A DNA stretch of 64,000 nucleotides, from positions 8,974,844 to 9,038,843 of the forward strand of contig CM082588.2 in the NCBI GenBank assembly GCA_040954595.2, written 5' to 3'. The stretch comes from Balanoglossus misakiensis (lineage: Eukaryota > Animalia > Hemichordata). Below the pieces are notes generated by a model that worked only from the letters and a program-made list of their open reading frames with translations, ran no database searches and had not been told where the DNA came from. The position numbers and the translations under genes were made by a program. Positions 10,601 to 25,600 of the stretch are shown piece after piece; positions within the stretch are counted from its first letter, which is position 1; every line of letters begins with the position of its first letter.

Positions 10601-13600
10601 CGCTCTTTGTTTTGCGTGTGCCACCCACTGAAAATCCGCGATTGGCTAGATCTCAAGTTTATCATGGTATCTGTAGCTAAATTTCCATAGGTGACCGTAT
10701 ACCTTTAAGCGCAGATATCACAATCCACAATAAAATTGATATTCTGGGCAATATGAAATCAAACATACTACCAGTAGGCTATTAGAGTTTTCTCATATAC
10801 TGGTATACCTGCAGTGCTCTGCCACTCACGTCTGTGCCTATACTTGCAGCAGTTATTAGCGTATTTGGCACAGTCTGTGTACTTGTGTCAGAGAAAGAAA
10901 TGCAGTGTGAAGGTATGCCCAATTCGTAGCTGGCAATCTGTGCCAACTTGGTGTTCAGACCTTGTCCCATTTCCACCGTTCCAGTGGTGACCAACACAGA
11001 TCCGTCCAAGTATACATTAACAAGTGCTCCTCCCTGTAGAATTACCAAGCAGATACAATTAACGTAAACCTGAAATTGGCACTGAATGGGTTTTAATACT
11101 GTTGACATCCACTTGTGCGTCCGTAGCATTACACACTCTTCAGCGTGACGTATTAAAATTAAATTACACAACCAATCATATTTGTGTTCTTACCTGTATC
11201 ACAGCCTTCACACTCGTTCCATTTTGAAATTCGAGTGGCGTGATAGAAATCCCTCTCTTCAACCATTTATGACACCTGCAAGTGTTTAGCTTAAGTGTAA
11301 CTACATTTCCGGTGGCCAGGAACATTTACATTCATTATACTACTATGGCCTGTGCATCGCATTTTAATTGGTCGAGATGAACGACGTCACTGACCACAAT
11401 TACTCAGTAATGGTTTGTTTACATGCCCGTAAATCTGAATAGTAATATTAACAAACAGTTCAGTGAATACAACATTTTGCGTAACACAAGTTCCGAGGCC
11501 CGTAGTCTTTTGCGTGGGACATTTTCGTAAATGTTGACAGTTTTCTTGAGTTCGTTGGTAATATAATGGAAATAAACGACTCTGCCCTGACCATTAACGT
11601 TTGTTTATGGGCGCGGGCTCGAGGAAAGCCGAAATTTTTGGCTTTCATCTCGCCTTTGCCCATAAACAAATGTTAATGGTCAGGGCGCCGTCCATTATTT
11701 CTATAGCAAAACCTTCGCATACTTGACAACTGTTTTACTTGATGACAAAGACATAAAGCAAAATACGAACAACCGACTTAGAGTACAACACATTATGGAC
11801 ACGGCGTCAACTTTGTAATCGTCACGATGTTTGTAAAGTTCACTTAATATTGCAGTCCACGATTATGACGGAAAAATAATATAATATTCAGACAAGTAAA
11901 CATCCACACCTGTTAAATGCATTAATCTCCTCTTGACGTTTAAAGAAATCACTTTTCAGTATACATTCATCCCAACACCTTTGGGTATAACATGTTTCCA
12001 CCATCTGACCGAAATGAGTTTGGAAACCGTCTCCATGAAAATTGATTTCCCTGATCTGCACAAAAATGAAAGTGGTGAAGGATAGTGTATCAAGATTGAT
12101 CATTTGGTATGTATGATCATAATCCCCCTAATGAATTTTGTTTACAGGTGAAATTCTTTGAAACGTGGATGTTCTGGCGGGAATTCGTGCGAGGGTTACG
12201 AAGTCAAATTTTCAGAGTGGCTCTGTTGACATTTTTTGGATGTATGGTTTTCATAACATTATCTCCACAACAGCTTTCAAGGAGGTATACACCGCACAGC
12301 ATTAATGGTGAAAAGTGTCCGGTCCGATAGTTTGAATAGATTCATGCCATACCTTTTGCTGACTCATGTCACATCGAAGGGCCAGGTCTGAGAACAGGTT
12401 CTCCACAGCTAACACTGCCTGTGGTCTTCCAAACCCTCTGAATGCAGTATTACACGGGAGGTTTGTCTGGCAAACTACTCCCCTGAATCTCAGGTTTTCA
12501 ACGTTGTAAACGTTGGTTATACCGAAGAAAGCGTAGCTCATTATCTGCTTAAATAAAGAAAACACATTGTCTATGATATTGTGAGAGTTTTTAGATTTAA
12601 TATTATTATAATTATATTAATTATTGTTGACTTCGAGTTACCAAATGATAAATAGCAACGTACCAACGCGTTAGTTAATTTCAACTGATGTCAACAGACA
12701 ACAAATTATGTGACAACGATGACTGAGGCAGCTTGTGCTGTGGAACTCGCTTCAGGTCTCCAGTAATAAAGCACGGTGTGTCAGAACACAGTCCCTCCAC
12801 ACACACAGTGTGTGAAGGGACTGTGGTCAGAAGAATCTTGCTGTGCCCGACCATATTCGCCTTACTCATCGCGTATTTATCTGCCGTGAGTTTACGTAAC
12901 AATACACCAAGACCAACTCACCCTCGTGAAAACGTGATTTAAATTCAGACTGCAAAGGCGACGCAGGAAACGACACCGTCACAGAAAAAAATTAAGATGA
13001 CGAACTTAACTTTAAATTGACGATCGCGAGACTGTCCACCATTTGCAAAGAGGCTTACGTCTAACACTTTCAATATACCACCCCACGTGAAACCAGCTTT
13101 ATACTTAATCAGAAATGGCATTCTGTGCCCGCTGATTTTCATGTCTTCGTCTCGTTCTAAAACCAGCCGTACGGGTCTCTTCACCCTATCGATGAAAATT
13201 GTAACACGTCTCATGAACGTCTGTAACCCGAGGGGTTACCACGTGACTATCAATTGACGAATGAGAACACAGTCTGCGGATGAGGTGTGTTACAGTTACA
13301 TTTGAAAAGCAGAATGGAACACCCAACTCACTTTTGAGCTGCAACTGCACACATGGAAGCAAATCTTGCAGTAACCGAAAACTTCCCTCCGAAGGCGCCA
13401 CCTAACCGCATGGTTTTGCAAATGACCTTGTTCTTGTCCATACCAATAGTTCTACAAACCTCTGTCTGCGAACATTAACGGGATTTGACAAACGGGCGTG
13501 AATATTTCTTTTGCGATCACGAGATAGACACAACACAATTGATATATCATGATACATGGAAAGGCTGGGCAATGTTGCACTCACATGTAATGGCTGAAGA

Positions 13601-16600
13601 TTTTGGCACGTTGATATGACTTCCATTTTTCCATCACCAATATCTGGTATGGCGAGAAAGCAGTGTGGCTCCATATAGAAGTGTTCTTGCTCTCCAGTTC
13701 GGACCTCACCTTCCAGTACACCATCTGACGTTGCAAAGCCACCTTCAATATCTCCGTGATCAAAATTGATGATTGGCTTGAAGAAGGACTCCTTTTCGAT
13801 TGCATCTTTTATTCAGAAAATGCACAGAAGAAAGAGAATGTCAATCGCTATAAATACAGAATGGCGGTGTGGTATAAAGGGACGCAGATGGTGTTAAACC
13901 TTTTGTGTTGTAAGCTTTGCTGTAAGAAGGATTAACTTGATCGCAGACAGAAACCCTTGACCATGCTTCCAACACTAAGGGTATAACCAAAGAAAACGAC
14001 TGACTTAAAGGGGCAATTTTTAATCCCTGGTTCTCGCATTAACTCTTGTTGACATTGAATGTTTATGTGGTGCAAACCTTTGGTTTTCCATTGAAATATT
14101 TATCAAGGTAATCCATTTGCTTTTAGATAAAGCTGATAGAGAAGGTGCGCCTTTAAGGCAACAATTCGAAACAAAGGTTAACTATAAAAGTAAACTAATT
14201 GTAACCCTATTCAGACGATATCATTTATTGCTAACGTGAGCCAACTACAGAAACATGTACCTCTATTGTTAATATCGCCTCCAGATCTTCATATTCCACG
14301 TGTACAGATTTCACTGCGCGATTTGCAGTCTGCGCGTCCTTGGCCACAATGCCTCCAATGATATGGCCCACGTATTTGACCTGTACAAAAAGCACGCCAG
14401 TTGTTCTCCAAATGTGACAAAGAGGAAGTTGATCGAGCAGCAGAAAAAGACGGAGGACACAGTGATAGGAGGGAATACAATTCCAATGAGCTGTGTAACA
14501 TACGCCAAACAAGAGCGATCACACACAGAAACACCTTTCCGACCAACAGCAAAAGTGTCCTGTCCAACATTGGGAGCACAAAAAATCAAAGAGTCTATCT
14601 AAAGACAAACTTGTTTTTCGATGTTTCGTTTCTATCTGCCCCTTAAAAGTGCCATAGCCAATTGAGATCTAGCCAATCACAGATTTTCAGTGGGTGGCAC
14701 ACGCGAAAAAAAGAGCGCCACCATACGTTCTTTTCTGCCATATATGGGCGTATAAAAATTGGAGGTGACCGTATACCTTTAAATTAGCTTGTAATAGTTA
14801 ACTACAATGTATGCTACCGATCCTAATTTTCAAATAAATAAATAATAAATAAATAATTTTCACACAACCAACATAAATCTGCACAATGCATCTGCCAACA
14901 AAAACCAGTAAGGCATACGTCACTATACCTCATTTTCAGCACAGAGAGTGTTGTTGTTTTCTCCAGTTATCGACTCAGCGTCAACATAGCACACCACGCC
15001 TTCAAACGCCATGGCTTCAACCGTATTTACAGATCTATGACCACGAAAACACGTGCTTGAATGTTTACCACACTATTAATTGCCTAAACACTAAATAATG
15101 TTTGTTTGCTTAATTTACATGTACATGTACAATGCTACTTTGTCAATCATACGTGTGTCATACATAATTCATCTGGCCAACCAGTCGGAATATTAATATT
15201 TTGAATCACAGTGAAAAGCGACAAAACCATGCATATAACACTCACAAAACAGTTTAATATTTAAAATTAACTTAAATTGGAGTATTAAATGAGTTTAATT
15301 GCCAAACGAAAATGCAACTCTGTTATTTACCTAATTATTGCGTGTGGTCGGCTACTGGTAAGGAGGCCCAAAAACAGTTCATCTGCGACAAATACCAACA
15401 AATAAAGTTATTTACTTAAAGGTATACGGTCACCTATAGCAATTTAGCTACGGTTACCATGGTACACTTGAGATCTAGCCAATCACGGATTTCAGTGGGT
15501 GGCACACGCGAAAAAAAGAGCGCCACCATGTGTTCTTTAGAACCCTCAAATATGCCATTTCAGCCGTATATGGGCGTGTGTCAATTGGAGGTGACTGTAT
15601 ACCTTTAATATATACATTAACCCGGATTGTCAATAGATCACATAGCTAACGACAAAATGCAGACTTTGTCGGAAGCTAGTGAAGTGTGATTTCCTGTTGA
15701 GTTTCAGTTTTCACTGCAAGGGTTACAGTTCTTCCTCCTTTGATCTAACAGATTACCATATAGTCTGATAATGATTTTACCTTTCCTTGGCGGAATGTCA
15801 TCAAGGAACACTGCTTCGCCAGTTGAAAGTTGATAGGACGAAGTGTGCTGTTTGGGTTTCCCGATTTCGCCGTGAGTATGCTCCTGAAAGGAAATACATT
15901 TTCTTGAAACAATTCTGGCTGCCTTATATATTGTTTCACTTTGTGCTAGGGGGTCAAATCACATTGCATTCTGGGCGAAAAGTGGACAACTCACTGTAGT
16001 AAGAGATAGAAGAAATGATATATTTACTGTATTTCATGACTTCCCTTGGTCAAACATGTCTGTCTTTGTAGTTACCATATTAAACTCCTTAAACTTTTTG
16101 CACATTTTGTTATTTTTTCTGTTAAAAGGTTTCAGAATAACCCATCATCACTTTAGCTTATGATATAAACTCCCATTTCTTAAACATGGCAAAATCCGCC
16201 ATTTTGAAATTGTGTCGACCATATGAGATTTTCATCACTCACTTAGGTAGCTTAAAACCAATTTAAGGTAGGGAGAATTGTATACACATGTATGACACAT
16301 TTGCGTAGTCTTAACTGACCAACAGGAAATTTCTGACTTCTTCAATTGTCCAAAATGAAACACTCATAAAATATTTGCTATTGGTGCATCGGTTTTGGAC
16401 AATTCAACACAAAATACAATACCTGCCAAATTTGAGTTCCACCGACAGGAGGTATCGGGCCCAAACCAATACGCATATCAGGTTCAATTTCGCCGCCCCT
16501 TTCTTGTTTAACCATATAATAGAACTTAAAGAAGAAGCTCTTCATTGTCGCTAGTTTAAACTCTTTAGTCTGTTGCAAACTGGCCTTGTCACTTGGTAGC

Positions 16601-19600
16601 GTCCTCGATGTGGTCAAGCTGTCGACATTCTTGTGAAGTATTCTGAAGATATCTTCCAAAATGGCGTCCTCCCACTCTCTGAAGAAAGAGCGAAGTTAGC
16701 GTTACGGTTGTCAAACAACTCAAAGATAAAAATTCTAGTGTTGCCATCGTTATTGCTAATTTGTTTGATCCTAGTGTTAAGTCGGATCACATTTGTCAGA
16801 TAAATGCCACATTGCAAGGTAAATGAAAGAAACAAATATAACATTGGCTCCAGGAAAACCAGGAGTTGGTTAACGTTTATATCAACACGCAAATGTACTA
16901 TACTAGTTTACTATTACGCTGGCAACAACTAATGAAATTTTATTGGATTTGGTCGACCATTAGTTCACGGGAAAACATTAACAATTATGCAGAGTCACAA
17001 TGTAATATATATATATATTCTTGAAATCATTGTGTAAAGGACTTTTCGGTTTAGAGCAATATTCCCAACCATTTATGACGGGTGGTGTGCATGTAGTGTG
17101 CTTTATTCTCGATTTCACAATGCTTGCATACATTTATAAATGTTCTCATCTAGTCACGATACTATATTCGAGGTACTGTTGCACCGATAAAATTATGCTG
17201 TTGTTGTTGTTGTTGTTGTTGTTGTTCTTGTTGCTGTTGCTTCACCTGCTGCAAGCTGCAGCACATGTTGCTGCTAGGGAATATTTGAACTCAAATTGTA
17301 CATTTTGAGACGCAACAGTTTCTCTTACTTTCCCTTGAGCGACATGGCTACGTCATCCTGAATCTTTTGGGATGTGGCCAGGCCAATTCCTCCATATCGT
17401 ATTTTCAGGTTACCAATATTGTTGTCGTTGTTTTTGAAATGGACGCTCATACCTGCACTGACAGCGTCAAATTCAATGTCTCGCCGATGGGGTGTGTGTG
17501 TTCGGTAAGATCCAAAATATTCTCCCTTAAGGGCAGAAAGAAATAATATTCTTAAAACGGAATTGTCCATATTCACTACTCTTAATATAAGATGCAATTT
17601 GGATCACAGTGTAGCTTACAGCTAACTTGCATGTTTTCAATATTAAGGTGGCATTGCACGAAACCGTCAAGACTTTTTCAGAGGCCTATTTAATAATAAT
17701 AATAATTTATTTTTATACAGCGATTTCCATCAGTAAAAACATCAAACCGCTTTACAATAAAAAAAACAACTAAGCTCATAAAATACAATATTAAAACCGT
17801 GAAGATACACTGATAAAATGGCCTACTCGGCATTAAAACTTTATAAAAATGTTATTAGAAATAACAAAGCAGTGACAAAGTCATGTACTTCGTAAAAAGG
17901 TAAGTTTTGAGAGATGTCTTAAACGCAGCAACGGTTGGTGACAATCTAATTTCTTTTGGTAAGACATTCCAAAGAGTTGGCGCTGCATTAGAAAATGAAC
18001 GGTTACCAAAGTGTTTCTGCTCCCAGTTCACTGGCTCCAAAGTTGGTATGAACGCTGAGCGTGTCAGCCGTTTAGGTTCATGAACTGTGATCAGATCAGA
18101 CAGATAGGCAGGAGCTTGGTTGTGCAATATTTTATAGACAAAAAGAAGAATTTTGAAATTGATTCTAGCATGGATAGGCAGCCAGTGTAGCTCCCGTTTC
18201 ACTGGTGTGATATGCTCATGCCTTTTTGTGCGTGTGACAAGACGTGCAGCAGAATTTTGAAGTAACTAAAGTTTATGAAGGTGCTTATCTTCGATACCAA
18301 ACAGCAAACTGTTGCAGTAATCTATGCGTGATGTAACGAAAGCGTGCACAAGTCTTTCAGTGTTTGAGCGATCTAAAACATTTCTAACACGTCCAATTCT
18401 ATGGAGAGCAAATTACACAGACTGACATAATTTGACAATGTGAGTACTCATATCTGCAAAGCGGTTTAAATAAGCACCAAGATCGCGGACGGATCTAGAC
18501 GTGGTAACATTAGTATTCCCTACTCTGAGAAATGGCAGGTCAACAGATTTTTAAATTTTGAACGAAAATGGATCACTTCTGTCTTGGCATCATTTAAAAC
18601 CAAACGATTTTCAATCATCCATTGACGAATATCATCAATACAATGTTCAACCATAAATGACGAGTCCATGGCACGTTCACATATCAAATACAACTGAGTA
18701 TCGTCAGCAAATAACATAAGATCCAAAGCATGTCTAATGATTATATCCTCTAATGGTGCTGCATACAGTGTGAAAAGTATTGGGCCCAGTCCACTTCCCT
18801 GAGGGACGCCACAATCAAGATTACTTGGCTCTGATAATACACCATCAATACACACAATCTGTGTTCTATCACATAAGTACGACTCAAACCAAGCAAGTGC
18901 CTTGCCCTTAATACCAAACCTATGTTCTAAACGATACAGCAATACCTTGTGATTAATAGTGTCAAAAGCTGCTGTCAAATCAAGCAGTGTAAGAATAACT
19001 TCTTTATGACTATCAAGAGCACGTAAAATGTCGTTTATTTCTCATCAAAGACAACATTAAACCCCCTATAAACCATACATATTCTGAAAGCTGAGTTTTT
19101 GAACTTTTGTTTGAGTTGCACATTTTATTGATCACCAGAAATGGTGGCGTTTTTGGGTTAAAAAACATTTTTTGATATTATGTCATTCAATTGAAATTAG
19201 GTAAAAAAAGTTGACCATGCATCATGCATCTTAATATGTCATTCGAAACTGTACACGTGCAAGAAAACGAACAGTGTTTGAAAGTTAGATTTTTAGAAAA
19301 TTTGATCAAATTCACGATGAGTTGTATTGAATCAGAGTTTATTCCCGCCAGGCACACTTTATCGACTAAAAAGTTTTTCGTTTTGTTAGATGGGTCATAG
19401 ACAATCCTCTGTTTGAGCAAATTCGGCCAACGCAGAGCGAAGCTAAATTCTTCTGAAGTTGTCAAAAGCAGCGAAAATGCAAACTGAAAAAACGGCCATT
19501 TGCATTGTTGACACCTATTTCTTAAGCTGTGGACTCATTCAGAAAAGTGCTATTTTGGGTGATTATGCAGTATAAGACCTACCGATTTATCTAAAAAAGT

Positions 19601-22600
19601 AAAATTTGGCAAAAATCCCAACATTTCATGCAATGCCACCTTAAAACAAAAACAATCGAGAGTATTTAGTCCATATCTGGTATATAAAAAATATACACTT
19701 TACTGTTTTGTAGTACAATTTGTATAATTTTCAACTTATGTTTGAACTTACCTCTTTCGTTAGAGGAATAGCGATAGATGATAATATCTCTTGGTCTCCA
19801 AGAGCAACGTTTTTACCATCCAAATAAAATTGCTCCACAGGAATGATTTTCTCACTGCCTGTTGTATAAATGCAAAGAAAGTGTTTCCGATTTTACTGTT
19901 AAGGTGTTATCAAGTGTAAGTTGTACAGAGGTAGGTCACTGCCATCAAATTGAATCATCAGAATATATTAACGTCCTAATAGTCCATAATGATTGTATTC
20001 AAACAATGGACAGACTGCTATGCCTAAACGATTAACGGTCTACGGTCACCTTTGCAAATTCAGCTACAGTTACCATGGTAAATTGAGATCTAACCAATCA
20101 CAGATTTTCAGTGGGTGGCACACTCGAAAAAAATAGTGCCACCATACGTTCTTTGGAACACTCAAAAACGCAATTTCAGCTATATATGGCAATATGTAAA
20201 TTTGAGGTGACTGTATACCGTTTATAGTAGACGACCTATATGAACTCCATTACCAGTGTTTTATCAGAATGTATTTTTGTCATTTTACAAAATCCTGACT
20301 GTATTAATAGAATTGATTTGGAAAAAAATTATTGGAAGAAATCATGTTAAAAAATCAATCGGCTAAGGTATGTCTGCAAGATGAATATTAAAATGTTGTC
20401 ATTGTTACTATTAACGGGTTTCATCACAGAACAATCACTGATATATACTAGATATGCACAAATATGCATCCATATTGTTCCCATTTTGCCGTTCTGAAGA
20501 ATGTCACATATTGGTGTTTCAGAAATAAATCCGGCTATGAATAACTCAGAGAGAAAAGCGATTGACGTTTCCTGTCGACACACTTCGGCTAAACAATGTT
20601 TATTTCAACCCTTGTGTTTATGGTTAGTGGAGTTGACCGCATTGTATACACCATCAGCACATTTGTTGTTAATCAACATAAAAGAAAGACTACATATCAA
20701 GTCAAAATCACCTGTTGGTCCAACAACCATTACATCACTTCCGGCGGCAATGAGTGATGGAACTATGTCAGAGGTTACCATAGCTGCAACAATGTGACCT
20801 CCAAGTGTCTAAAAGAGTTTGAAGAGAAGTATGTATTACTTGTATTTCAACTAGAATAAAACGTATATTCTGTTTACTAACACATTAATCTTGTCGTCAT
20901 TCAAGTAATCAAAGCGTGGATCACAGAAACGACTGCGTCTACTTCAAATCATATTCCAATCAGGTACTTGAGTGCACAAATTCATTATCTTCACAAGTGG
21001 TGTGCCTTTCTCCTTAGGCTTGTTGACGAAGTACATATATGTTTAGTTAATATAAATTTCATTGGACTTACAGCAGTGTTCTTTGTTTGAGGCCCACCTA
21101 CACTGAGAAGCATACCTTTCAAGGCCTTCAAAACATATACTTTGAATGCTGGAGAACAACAAAGATAGAATGTACATAAACAATATAGAAAGATATGGAT
21201 AGAATATACAATGCCCTCCACTATTTAAAGGGACAAAGTCTCTCTCTCGCTGCACCTTTTCTATTAATTATGTTTGATACAAGACATCGTTTATGTTATT
21301 CTGCATGTGGAAAGATAGTGATTCAACGTTTGACCATAGACACGAGAGTGAAAAACTCACCAAAATGAATAGTCGGTCTCTACTGTTTATTCATTTTGGC
21401 GAGATTTTTTCTCTCATATCCTACAAACAGGATAGAAGTTGTGTGTGGTCGAACATTGATTCGCCATATATCCACATGTAGAATAACATAATGGTGTCTC
21501 GTATCAAACATAATTAATGGCAAAAGGGCAGCGAGAGAGAGACTTTGTCCCTTTAATATACATCATGCACATTATTCGAGTTCCTGGAAAGCCAATATTT
21601 CTCAAATCCAATACTATAACTGGGGTTTAAAAATATGTATCGCACATGCAGGGGTATGTCCTTTGATAGTATAATGTGTTATTCTCAACGGAGCACAGTA
21701 TGCAAATTTACTATCACAATTTCTTCATATTGATAGAAATGTCAGTTGATGGTTTCCTGTTAGAGGTTTTTACAAGTTATCATGGCGGTTGTACTTGTAA
21801 CATAGAAAAATGCTTTAAGAAGATTTATAGTATAAATTTTCGCAGAATGCTCTGCCATTAACATCTGTCATCTTAAATTCCACCTAATAGTAACAGGTGT
21901 GTTACCTGGTAACGTTGATATCAGTTTATCAAAACCATTTATAGCTGCTGCCATGGTTACAGCTGCACCTATCTTTAGATGATTTTCTCTGACCTCCAAT
22001 TGGCAGAGATCCTGTACCTCAGAGGTGGACACAACCATCCCGTGGCTTTTCTTCTGCAAAACTGTTGTTAGACCTATAAATGGGGTATTATTCTACAGTA
22101 GGTTAGTGCTATTGTAAACAAAGTATATACATATTAGAGCGAGCTTTTTTGCTGCAGTCAGTTACTCTTGAGGCGATATGTGTGATCGATCGAAGGGGTC
22201 GATGGAAATACAGTTCATACACTGAAACGTACTGTATGAAAACCAACTGGGTACATATTCTTTGATTCACATATGATTTACGAGTTTACACATGTACTAT
22301 TAGTATGTGCAGTTCTCATTCTGGTAAACTTGGACATTTGTCTTACTATATTTTAGTTCTAAAATGTTATCGTTACTTTGTGCAGATGTAAATTGTGTGC
22401 TAGTAACTTCAACATGTTTGTGGTAAGCCTGGTGTTCCTATTTTGACAGACAGAGAGCTTGTTGCATAATGTGAAACAATTTTAATATAATCTGGTCCCC
22501 TGCCCCAATCCCACCGCTGGCTATGCTACGCTAAAGGGAAAGGGTCAGGCACGGCCCGATGTCATGCCCAGAAACCTGGGCAGACCACGTGATCATAAAC

Positions 22601-25600
22601 AAGATGGATGCCTCCAATGTCCGTACGCCAGTCAAGATTCACCCAGGCAGTTTATGTTGTTTCGTTTGTCGTAAAGTTGGAAATCGAATGATAAACATCC
22701 ATGGAGGTGAAGGAGAGAACGAGAAACGTAGTATCTTACAGCAACTTATGTTAGGTAATGCTCGTATTTATTGACCAATGAGAGCCGTGTTTACAATAGG
22801 CCGTGCCTGACCCTTTCCCTCAAGCGTAGCGCAGCCAGCGGTGGGATTGGGGCAGGGGACCAGACTAGCATAAACTACTGCCAAAATGGATTTTGCCAGT
22901 CGATGTTCACACATTACTCTAAGCCAATTGTGTTTTCTACGGTGTTGATACCTTGAAGGCATTGTAACGAACGACATACCTATTTCATTGTTACCTGCGA
23001 CCAGTTTTGCTTCAGGGTACCGCTGTTTTATGCCAATTAAGGTTCCTAATGTCGCTGGGGTTATCCAAGTGACACGCAGCCCCTTAAAAACAAGCTCTTC
23101 TGTATTCAAGTCTTGATTTGTCTGTGTGTGATGAAAGTACAGGTCAAACGTTTCTTCCCATATCACATTTGTCTTTCAGACACATTCCATGATCTTCCCA
23201 TTGATCCTTCACAAAAGAACTAAGAGAAGATGAACGTTTTAAGGCGAATTTCACTTGCTCAGTTCTAATTAGCAAACATAAGTAATTTATAACCAAACAG
23301 CATAGTAGGTGAAAATAACAGTCACAAGTCACAAAGTTCGTTTGTATAACACGATGGACAAACCAATGACATTCTAGGAAACAAGTACAGCGTACAGTTG
23401 TGTGCAGTGATGATATACCAACAAATACTGAAACTAATGGAAAGGTGTACTTAAAAATCATAAAGTAAACTATATTTTTATGGAAACGTGATAAAAAGAC
23501 CCAACCAATGGCTTCTTCAACCCCCCAACAAGTTGTTTCCCTACACAACATTGTAACCCCCCCCCCACAAGTTGTTTCCCTACACAACATTGTGTGTTTA
23601 AAGAGACACAGTCTCTCTCTCTCTTGCTGCCCTTTTCCATTAATTATGTTTGATACAAGACAACGTTTATGTTATTCTACATGTGGATATATAGTGAATC
23701 AACGTTTGACAACCTACAACTTTTATCCAGCTTGTAAATACAAGAGTGAAGAAATCACCAAAATGAATAATCAGTCTGTACCGTTTATTCATTTTGGCGA
23801 GATTTTTACTCTCATATCCTACAAGTGGGATGGAAGTTGTGTGGACGAACGTTGATTCACTATATACCACGGTGTCTTGTATCAAACATAATTAATGGAA
23901 AAAAGGCAGCGAGAGAGAGACTTTGTCCCTTTAACAAAAATTACCCATAGAGGCAACTAACGAACCATGCTAACTAACTTTCATGCAGATATATACCATT
24001 CCAGTGGTCTGCAAATTGCAAATATTGTTATACTTACAAGCAACTCGGGAGGAAATATCAAATCTTGTGTTTCATCCTTCAACGGGCCATTCGTTTCATT
24101 CTTGTCGTCAGATCGCATGGTGGCGCTGCTCCCTATTCGATCAGCACTGACGGCATCAGAGCGACAACATGTACCCTGAGCACACGTTTTCTGACAACAT
24201 GTGTTCTAAGATAAAGTTTCATTTTGACATTTTACTATCTTCTACAATGACATGTGCAATCAGAATTATCAATATATATACGACATAATTTTTGTAGGTG
24301 AAGAGAGCAATATCTGATATGAGCACAATATGCACCGGAGAACATTCTATAAATAGGTGTCTTTTGCGTATCAAAATATTTTGTAACAGAAAGCACGTAT
24401 TTCAATCACAACTAATCAGCTATTCAGGCATCGTGGTAATTACTTTATCTTGTTTTAGCTTGCCTTTTAGTTTTTCGATGAACTTTTGTTAGACTGGAAT
24501 ATTCCAGAAAAAGAATCCAGTACAATAAATTATCTCGGGTTGCTTATCGATAACGAAACTGACCTTGGCAAAGGAATAAAGTCCCTGCAAAATTGAACGA
24601 TATCCTGTACATCTACAAATCATACCACTCAACTGTGCATTTATTTCCACCTCCGATGGCTCAGGGTTGTTGCGTAGCAGTGTATACATGCTCATAACCA
24701 TGCCTGGTGTACAGAAGCCACACTGAACTCCGTGATTTTTGGTAATTTGTTCCTGAAAAATTAATATGTTCATTTATTGATTGTTTTATTCAAGTCGATA
24801 TCTGTGTAAACGATCATAAATATAGTAATTTCAAAATATTTCGCTCACATTATAATTTTATATACGAATATGTTGCAAATTTCGACTAGGTCACCCTTAA
24901 AGGGACAAATTCTCTCTCTCGCTGCCCCTTTTCCATTAATTATGTTACTTCCATCACATTTGTAGGATATGAAAGTAAAAATTCGCCCAAAATGAATAAA
25001 TGGTAGAGACCGATTAATCATTTTGGCGGGATTTTCCACTATCTGTCTACAAGTGGGATGGAAGTTGTGTGTGGTCGAACGTTGATTCGCTGTATATCCA
25101 CATGTACATAACATAAACGGTGTCTTGTGTCAAACATAATTAATGGAAAAAAGCCTGCGAGAGAGACTTTGTCCCTTTAATTAATATAGCACCGATTAGA
25201 AAAGTTGAAATAAGCATTGGAAGCAGACGATCGACAGGACACATGTGAAGCCATCATAAAGTTGTCACTTTGCTATGTGTAGAAGGATTCGTCAAATTTG
25301 GTGTGGTACTACTGCGTGTATGTAATGGGGACATTGTTCTTTTCATGTATACAAGACGATTGTCAGAGAAAAAAAATGCATAAATCAATAAGGAGTGTTG
25401 GTACATGTATTCATATGTTATGACCCTGTAGCAAAGTACATTTCAAATCAGAGGTACAGTCTGCAAATATCCAACGACAATTTATCAGCACTAATGCGTT
25501 AGGCACACTATCATGAGTATTTCCCGCAGGGATGTACTGGCAGGTTGTTTTTACTGTTGATGTCCACAACGCGTCGAATCTGCTATTGGATAGGTACATT

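Noticed and set aside
12700-12880. Intronic hairpin (CACAGTCCCT...AGGGACTGTG) with CTGA boxes as a C/D snoRNA
   Set aside because: Box C is non-canonical (GCGATGA), there is no terminal stem, and I could not identify a guide target.
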